From assembly GCA_964432375.1 (NCBI GenBank), contig CAYSNK010000002.1:1-29469 (forward strand): DNA of 29,469 bases. Reading direction: 5' to 3'. Shown here in pieces: positions 23,717 to 29,469 of this stretch. The stretch is from an uncultured Oscillospiraceae bacterium. Its GTDB lineage: Bacteria; Bacillota; Clostridia; Oscillospirales; Oscillospiraceae. A program made the position numbers and the translations under genes. The stretch's first letter is position 1, and each line of letters opens with the position of its first letter. The notes beneath the pieces were generated by a model, which was not told the origin of the DNA, searched no databases, and was given only the letters and a program-made list of their open reading frames with translations.

Positions 23717-24634
23717 ATGCGAATTGTATTCATGGGCACCCCCGCCTTCGCGGTGCCCTCTTTGGAGCGGCTGATTGCGGACGGCTATGAGGTCGTGGGC
23801 GTCTTTACCCAGCCGGATAAGCCGAAAAACCGGGGTATGAAGCTGGCGCCCAGCCCGGTAAAAGCCTGCGCCCAGGCCCACGGCCTGCCGGTGTTCCAGC
23901 CCGTCTCCTTTCGGAAAGAGCCGGAGGCGCTGGAAGTCCTGAACGGGCTGGCCCCCGACCTGACGGTGGTGGCGGCCTATGGCCAGATTTTGCCCCAGCC
24001 CGCACTGGACGCGGCGAAGCTGGGGAGCATCAACGTCCATTCCTCCCTGCTGCCCCGCTATCGGGGCGCCGCGCCCATCAACTGGGCCATTCTCAACGGG
24101 GAGGAGGAGACCGGCGTCACCATTCAAAAAATGGCCCTGGCCCTGGACGCGGGGGACGTGATCTCCCAGGCGAGGACCCCTATCCGCCCGGATGAGACGG
24201 CGGAGCAGCTTTATGACCGGCTGGCTGTGCTGGGCGCCCAGCTGTTGGGGGAGACGATCCCCAGGCTGGCCGATGGCACCGCCCAATTTATCCCCCAGGA
24301 TACGGCGCTGTCCAGCTATGCGCCCCGGCTGGGCCGGGAGCTTTCTCCCATCGACTGGAACCGCCCGGCAAGGGAGATCCACAATCAGGTGCGGGGCTTG
24401 CTCCCCTGGCCCGGGGCCTCCGCCGACCTGGGCGGAACCCGGTTTAAAATCTTCGCCGTGGAGGAAACCGGCGTGGACACCGGAGCGGAACCGGGCACCA
24501 TACTGGCTGCGGATGAGAGGGGCATCCTGGTGGCCTGCGGAGACGGCAAGGCGCTGCGCGTTGTCGAGCTGCAGGCCCCGGGCAAGCGGCGGATGAAGGC
24601 GGCGGACTACCTGCGCGGCCATCCCATTCTGTAA
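23717..24634 (+). CDS. fmt: Methionyl-tRNA formyltransferase
   Basis: MRIVFMGTPAFA, VFTQPDKP, VVAAYGQILP, INVHSSLLPRYRGAAPI, LDAGD. Confidence 0.97.
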   Translation: MRIVFMGTPAFAVPSLERLIADGYEVVGVFTQPDKPKNRGMKLAPSPVKACAQAHGLPVFQPVSFRKEPEALEVLNGLAPDLTVVAAYGQILPQPALDAAKLGSINVHSSLLPRYRGAAPINWAILNGEEETGVTIQKMALALDAGDVISQARTPIRPDETAEQLYDRLAVLGAQLLGETIPRLADGTAQFIPQDTALSSYAPRLGRELSPIDWNRPAREIHNQVRGLLPWPGASADLGGTRFKIFAVEETGVDTGAEPGTILAADERGILVACGDGKALRVVELQAPGKRRMKAADYLRGHPIL

Positions 24635-24637
24635 GCG

Positions 24638-25975
24638 ATGGCCCGAGAAGCTATGACCGCCCGGCAGGTGGCGCTGAAAGCCCTGACCGCCTGCGAGAAG
24701 CAGGGGGCCTGGTCGGACGGAATCCTCCGCAGCCTGACCCGCTCGGCGGGGCTGGATCGCCGGGACGCGGCCCTGGCCGCCAAAATCTGCTATGGCGTCC
24801 AGCAGAATTTGCTGCTGCTGAACTTCTGGATCGACGCCTTTTCCACGGTGAAGGCGGCAAAGCTGGAGCCGGCTGTGGCCGGCTGCATCCGCATGGGGAT
24901 GTATCAGATCGCCTTTCTGGATAAGATCCCGGCCAGCGCCGCGGTCAACGAGTCGGTGAAGCTGGCCAAGGAAGCCAGCCGGAACCCGAGATCCGGCGGC
25001 CTGGTCAACGGCGTGCTGCGGGCCTTTGCCCGGCAGAGGGAGAGGCTCCCCATGCCGGAGGGCAGGGATCGGCTGTCCATTCTCTATTCCCACCCCGGCT
25101 GGCTGGTGGAGCTCTACCGCCGGGAGCTGGGAGAGGCGGGGGTGGAGGAGCTGCTCCGGGCCAACAACGGGGAGCCGCCCACCTGCTTACAGGTGAACAC
25201 CCTGAAAGCCGATACCGGGCAGGTGATGGGGGAGCTGGCCGAGGCCGGGGCCGCTGTGGAGCCCCATCCCTGGCTGGCGGACTGCCTGCTGGCCACCCAT
25301 ACCGGCAGCCTGGAGCAGCTTCCCGCCTTTCGCCAGGGCAGGATCATGGTGCAGGACGCCGGGGCCAGGCTGGCAGTCCTGGCCTGTGATCCCCAGCCGG
25401 GAGAGCGGGTGCTGGACGTGTGCGCCGCCCCGGGGGGAAAATCCTTTGCCGCGGCCATCAAGATGAAAAATCAGGGAGAGCTGATCTCCTGTGACATACA
25501 CCCCCATAAGATCAATTTGATCGAGGAGGGGGCCAGCCGCCTGGGAGTGGAGATGATAAAGGCCCAGGTGCAGGACGGCAAGCAGTTCCGCCCTGAATGG
25601 GAGAATGGGTTCCACCGGCTGATTGTGGACGTACCCTGCTCCGGCCTGGGCGTGATCCGGAAAAAGCCGGACATCCGCTATAAGGACCCCGGGCAGCTGG
25701 AGGGCTTGCCCCGGGTGCAGGGGGCCATTCTGGAAAATGTCTGCCGCTATGTGAAGCCCGGCGGGGTGCTCCTTTACTGCACCTGTACGGTGCTGCGGCG
25801 GGAGAACCGGGATGTGATCCTGGATTTCCTCTCCCGGCATCCGGAGTTCCGGCCGGAGGCGCTGAACCTGCCCGGCCCGGCGGGGGAGCAGCCGGAGGGC
25901 ATGATTACCCTGTGGCCCCACCTCCACGGCACGGATGGGTTCTTTATCGCAAAACTTCGGAAGGAACAGGGATAA
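24638..25975 (+). CDS. rsmB: 16S rRNA m5C967 methyltransferase RsmB (Sun)
   Basis: NusB-like N-terminus (GLVNGVLRA), YSHPGWLV, VLDVCAAPGGKS, VDVPCSGLGVIRKKPDI, GGVLLYCTCT, DGFFIAKL. Confidence 0.95.
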   Translation: MAREAMTARQVALKALTACEKQGAWSDGILRSLTRSAGLDRRDAALAAKICYGVQQNLLLLNFWIDAFSTVKAAKLEPAVAGCIRMGMYQIAFLDKIPASAAVNESVKLAKEASRNPRSGGLVNGVLRAFARQRERLPMPEGRDRLSILYSHPGWLVELYRRELGEAGVEELLRANNGEPPTCLQVNTLKADTGQVMGELAEAGAAVEPHPWLADCLLATHTGSLEQLPAFRQGRIMVQDAGARLAVLACDPQPGERVLDVCAAPGGKSFAAAIKMKNQGELISCDIHPHKINLIEEGASRLGVEMIKAQVQDGKQFRPEWENGFHRLIVDVPCSGLGVIRKKPDIRYKDPGQLEGLPRVQGAILENVCRYVKPGGVLLYCTCTVLRRENRDVILDFLSRHPEFRPEALNLPGPAGEQPEGMITLWPHLHGTDGFFIAKLRKEQG

Positions 25976-25978
25976 GCC

Positions 25979-27019
25979 ATGGAAACCAAGGAAAAACTGG
26001 ACATCAAATCCATGAACCTGGCGGAGCTGGAGCACTATTTCATCGGACTTGGCCAGCCCGGGTTCCGGGCAAAGCAGGTCTTTGGGTGGCTGCACAAGGG
26101 AGTCCGTTCCTTCTATGAAATGGAAAACCTGCCCAAGGCCCTGCGGGAGCAGCTGGAGGAACGGTGCAAAATCACCGCGCCGGAGGTGGCGCGGAAGCAG
26201 GTTTCCCGGCTGGACGGGACCGTCAAATACCTTTGGAAGCTGGGGGACGGCAACTGCATTGAAACCGTCCTGATGGAATATCAGCACGGCAACACCGTCT
26301 GTATCTCCTCGGAGGTGGGCTGCGCCATGGGCTGCGCCTTCTGCGCCTCCACCCTGGGCGGCCTGGTGCGCCGCCTGACCCCCTCGGAGCTGCTGGATCA
26401 GGTGCTGTTCACCCAGCTTGACTCCGGGCGCCCCATCTCCAACATCGTGCTGATGGGCATTGGGGAGCCTCTGGACAACTTTGATGCCGTCATGCGTTTT
26501 TTGGAGCTGGTCAACTCCCCGGCGGGCATGAATATCGGGATGCGGCATATCTCCCTCTCCACCTGCGGGCTTGTCGGGATGATCGACCGGCTGGCGGAGA
26601 GGAACCTGCAGCTCACCCTGTCCGTCTCCCTGCACGCGCCGGACGATGAAACCCGCTCCGGCATCATGCCGGTGAACCGGAGCGTGGGAGTGGACGTTCT
26701 GCTTGCCGCCTGCCGCCGGTATTTTGAAAAGACCGGGCGGCGGATCTCCTACGAATACGCCATGATTGACGGGGTAAATGACAGCGATTGGCAGGCGGAT
26801 CTGTTGGCCGCCCGGCTGAAAGGGGTTCCCAGCCATGTGAACCTGATCCCGCTGAACGAGGTGCGGGAGAGCCCGCTGAAACCCAGCAGGCGGGTGCGGC
26901 AGTTCCAGCGGCGGCTGGAGGAGCAGGGGGTTACGGTGACGGTCCGGCGGAAGCTGGGCGGAGACATCGACGCCTCCTGCGGACAGCTGCGGCGCAAGGC
27001 GCTGGGCTTAGGGGAATAA
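25979..27019 (+). CDS. rlmN: Dual-specificity RNA methyltransferase RlmN (radical SAM)
   Basis: CISSEVGCAMGCAFCAST (CxxxCxxC), VLMGIGEPLDN, SVSLHAPDDETR, YEYAMI, DIDASCGQL. Confidence 0.96.
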   Translation: METKEKLDIKSMNLAELEHYFIGLGQPGFRAKQVFGWLHKGVRSFYEMENLPKALREQLEERCKITAPEVARKQVSRLDGTVKYLWKLGDGNCIETVLMEYQHGNTVCISSEVGCAMGCAFCASTLGGLVRRLTPSELLDQVLFTQLDSGRPISNIVLMGIGEPLDNFDAVMRFLELVNSPAGMNIGMRHISLSTCGLVGMIDRLAERNLQLTLSVSLHAPDDETRSGIMPVNRSVGVDVLLAACRRYFEKTGRRISYEYAMIDGVNDSDWQADLLAARLKGVPSHVNLIPLNEVRESPLKPSRRVRQFQRRLEEQGVTVTVRRKLGGDIDASCGQLRRKALGLGE

Positions 27020-27081
27020 CAGACAGGGCCAGCGCTTTGCGGGGCCCGGGAAAAATGAGCACAGGGAAAAGGCGATGGTAT

Positions 27082-27807
27082 ATGGACGTATGGGCTTTGA
27101 CAAACCAGGGAAAAGTGAGAAAGAATAACCAGGATTCCTTCTATTATCAAATTGGGGAGGACTGCGCAGTGGGCCTGGTCTGCGACGGCATGGGCGGCGC
27201 GGCGGCGGGGGATCTGGCCAGCCGCCTGGCGGCCAACGCCTTTGTGGACAGGCTGAGCCAGCCCGCGCCAAGTGTGGAGGAATTGCTGGAAAATGCCCTT
27301 GACGGGGCCAACGAAGCGGTGTACCAATACAGCATAGAGCACACGGAGTGCGCGGGCATGGGCACCACTCTGGTGGCCGCCGTGGTGATGGGGCATACGG
27401 CCCATATCATCAACGTGGGGGACAGCCGGTGCTATTATCTGGATGCAGATGGGATCTCCCAGATCACGGAGGATCACTCCGTGGTGGCAGACCTGGTTCG
27501 CCAGGGGATCATCACGCCGGAGCAGGCCCGGGTACATCCCCAAAAGAACCTGATCACCCGGGCGCTGGGCACCAGGATGAACCGGCGCGGCGACCTGTTT
27601 ACGGTGAAGCTGAAGCCGGGGAGTATGCTGCTGCTCTGCTCGGACGGCCTGACCAATCAGGTGACGGATCAGGAGATCCTGTTTGAAGCGCTCTATGGCG
27701 GCCCCCTGGAGGACTGCTGCCGGAGGCTGGTGGATATCGTCATGCGGCGCGGCGCGCCGGATAATGTAACGGTCGTCCTGATGAAGGCGGACGGCAAAGG
27801 ATATTGA
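27082..27807 (+). CDS. stp: PP2C-family Ser/Thr phosphatase (Stp1/PrpC)
   Basis: GKVRKNNQD, VCDGMGG, GMGTT, NVGDSRCY, TEDHSVV, LLCSDGLT, APDNVT. Start at ATG 27082. Confidence 0.93.
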   Translation: MDVWALTNQGKVRKNNQDSFYYQIGEDCAVGLVCDGMGGAAAGDLASRLAANAFVDRLSQPAPSVEELLENALDGANEAVYQYSIEHTECAGMGTTLVAAVVMGHTAHIINVGDSRCYYLDADGISQITEDHSVVADLVRQGIITPEQARVHPQKNLITRALGTRMNRRGDLFTVKLKPGSMLLLCSDGLTNQVTDQEILFEALYGGPLEDCCRRLVDIVMRRGAPDNVTVVLMKADGKGY

Positions 27808-27820
27808 GGAGGCCATGAGG

Positions 27821-29469
27821 ATGGATCAATATATAGGCAAGATGCTTGATAACCGCTACGAGCTGCTGGAGGTTGTGGGCACAGGGGGCATGGCGGTTGT
27901 TTATAAGGCGAAGTGCCACCGGCTGAATCGCTATGTGGCTGTAAAAATCTTAAAGGAGGAAGCGGCTGCGGACCCCGAACTGCTGCGCCGCTTCCGGGAC
28001 GAATCCCAGGCGGTGGCCATGCTCTCCCACCCCAACATCGTTTCGGTTTATGACGTGAGCCAGACGGATCATCTGGAGTATATCGTTATGGAGCTGATCG
28101 ACGGCATTACGCTGAAGCAGTACATGGTGCAGAAGGGCGGAAGCCTGCCCTGGAAGGAGGCGCTGCATTTTATCACCCAGATCATGCGGGCCCTGCGCCA
28201 TGCCCACAGCCGGGGGATCATCCACCGGGATATCAAGCCCCAAAACGTCATGGTGCTGCGGGACGGCAGCGCCAAGGTCGCGGACTTTGGGATCGCCCAT
28301 CTGAGCAATTCCCAGAACACCACCACCCAGGAGGCCCTTGGCTCCGTCCACTATATCTCGCCGGAGCAGGCCAAGGGCGCCAAGGTGGATGCCCGGACGG
28401 ACATCTATTCTGCGGGGGTCGTCCTGTATGAGATGCTGACCGGCAAGCTGCCATACGAGGGGGACTCTCCGGTGGCCGTGGCCATCAAGCATATCAATTC
28501 CACCCCCGTCCCGCCCAGGGAGATCAATCCGGAAATCCCGGAGGGGCTGGAACAGATCACGATGAAAGCCATGGCCTCCAAGCCCAGCGAGCGCTATGAA
28601 AGCGCCCGGGCCATGCTGATGGATCTGGACGCCTTCCGCAAGAATCCGGCCATTGTGTTCCCTTACGCGGTGCCCAGGGCCGGCAAGACCGGCGGGGAGG
28701 AGAACCTGGACGAAACACAGATCCATTCTTCCGGCGCGAACCTTTACGGAAAGCCCACCCGCACCCGTCCCCCCAAGCGGGCCGCCTATACAGAGGCGGA
28801 GGACGAGCTGGACGAGGAGGAAGAGGAGTACAGCGGCAGAGGGGGCGGCGCGATGCCCAAGGGGAAAAAGAAATCCCATCGAGGGGTTTATGTGGCAGTG
28901 GTGGCGGCGATCCTCCTTGCGTTTTTTGCCATCATCGGGATCTTTATCCACAGTGTGCTCAGCGGCGGCACCGCCGGCCAGCCGGAGCACACGGTGCCCG
29001 ATCTGCTCAATATGCAGTATGAGGAAGCGGTGCTCCGCTACGGCACCGAGTTTGACATTGAAATCATTGGGTATCGAGAGGACAGCGCTGCCAAAGAGGG
29101 GGCCATTCTGGAGCAGGACCCCGGGGCGGATGAGGTTGTAACAGGCAGCCAGCCCATGATCCGGGTGACGGTCTGCAAGGCGGCGGACTCCAGTCTGCTG
29201 GGCTATATGCCGAAGCTGGAGGGCGAACGGGAAGCGGCTGCGATCCAGACGCTGACCGGGATGGGAGTGCCCGAGGCCAATATCATCAAGGGCATCGGCG
29301 TTTACTCCGACACGGTGGCCGAGGGCAGCGTGGTCTCCACCAGCCCTGAATACGGCGCCGCCATTTCCAGCGATACGGTCATCACCTATTATTTGAGCAT
29401 GGGCAAGGACCCCGACGCGGCCATCAAGGTGCCCAACCTGGTGGACATGACCCAGGACAGCGCGGCCTC
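27821..29469 (+). CDS. pknB: PASTA-domain Ser/Thr protein kinase (PrkC/PknB/Stk1), 3'-truncated by the window edge
   Basis: Translated by hand from ATG 27821 (after GAGGAGG) and open to the end. Kinase motifs GTGGMAVVY, VAVKILK, HPNIV, HRDIKPQN, DFGIA, GSVHYISPEQA; TM helix VYVAVVAAILLAFFAIIGIFIHSVL; PASTA-like repeats VPDLLNM, MPKLEGE, VPNLVDM. Confidence 0.95.
   Translation, partial: MDQYIGKMLDNRYELLEVVGTGGMAVVYKAKCHRLNRYVAVKILKEEAAADPELLRRFRDESQAVAMLSHPNIVSVYDVSQTDHLEYIVMELIDGITLKQYMVQKGGSLPWKEALHFITQIMRALRHAHSRGIIHRDIKPQNVMVLRDGSAKVADFGIAHLSNSQNTTTQEALGSVHYISPEQAKGAKVDARTDIYSAGVVLYEMLTGKLPYEGDSPVAVAIKHINSTPVPPREINPEIPEGLEQITMKAMASKPSERYESARAMLMDLDAFRKNPAIVFPYAVPRAGKTGGEENLDETQIHSSGANLYGKPTRTRPPKRAAYTEAEDELDEEEEEYSGRGGGAMPKGKKKSHRGVYVAVVAAILLAFFAIIGIFIHSVLSGGTAGQPEHTVPDLLNMQYEEAVLRYGTEFDIEIIGYREDSAAKEGAILEQDPGADEVVTGSQPMIRVTVCKAADSSLLGYMPKLEGEREAAAIQTLTGMGVPEANIIKGIGVYSDTVAEGSVVSTSPEYGAAISSDTVITYYLSMGKDPDAAIKVPNLVDMTQDSAA

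Noticed and set aside
54-27081. N-terminal extensions in the ORF track (starts at 54, 2472, 5738, 6609, 11378, 14784, 14822, 16275, 19505, 19749, 26788)
   Set aside because: They overlap promoters or upstream genes (54 and 16275 are -35 boxes). Downstream starts have SD sequences or stop-start overlaps and match family N-termini.
27020-27081. GGGCC...GGCCC hairpin between rlmN and stp
   Set aside because: Weak stem with no U-tract; insufficient to call a terminator.
23226-27807. Motif variants: Def HEIEH (versus HExDH) and Stp TNQG/NQD (versus TDxG/NED)
   Set aside because: Metal-binding and catalytic residues (HExxH, EGCLS; DGMGG, SDG, DN) are intact, so no evidence of inactivation.
87-28990. 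Many long antisense or alternate-frame ORFs (e.g. 87-1319 -, 1258-2436 +, 8796-10052 -, 12317-13513 -, 21618-23642 -, 23510-25093 -, 25187-26836 -, 27950-28990 -, 28653-29141 +)
   Set aside because: They shadow well-supported genes, lack recognisable motifs and RBSs, and are Pro/Gly/Arg/Ala-rich, as expected for stop-poor frames in high-GC DNA.
1-29469. CRISPR arrays, tRNA/rRNA genes, IS/transposases, integrases, prophage or defence genes
   Set aside because: No regularly spaced direct repeats, no cloverleaf or rRNA signatures, no such protein motifs. The largest intergenic gap is under 300 nt.

Overview
This is a GC-rich core-genome segment from a spore-forming clostridial bacterium (Bacillota; Oscillospiraceae/Ruminococcaceae-like by gene order and by-eye GC, so taxonomy is inference). 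It holds 31 protein-coding genes, 30 on the + strand. In order: rarA; an antisense multi-S1-domain protein; site-2 protease, scpA, scpB, DUF2953, ytfJ/gerW, dacB, rluB; an RpiR/MurR regulator; HI0933 flavoprotein, cmk, plsC, ispH::rpsA fusion; ispD, ispF; DUF3343 and a cysteine desulfurase; cdaA, cdaR; yicC, remA, gmk, rpoZ; priA, def, fmt, rsmB, rlmN, stp, and pknB/prkC (runs off the right edge and is absent from the ORF track). I see no rRNA, tRNA, CRISPR array, transposase or prophage. I cannot support a wholly new multi-gene system here. The best leads are cis-regulatory or gene-architecture features: (1) a promoter and strong ribosome-binding site hidden inside the ispH::rpsA fusion, which should yield stand-alone S1; (2) a second S1-like gene with a possible mother-cell sporulation promoter; (3) a three-way-junction RNA leader with a competing fold before the site-2 protease/scpAB operon; (4) a tandem hairpin element with repeated helices between rpoZ and priA; (5) a near-consensus LexA box at the rarA start site. 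All RNA pairings and promoter calls were made by eye and are untested.
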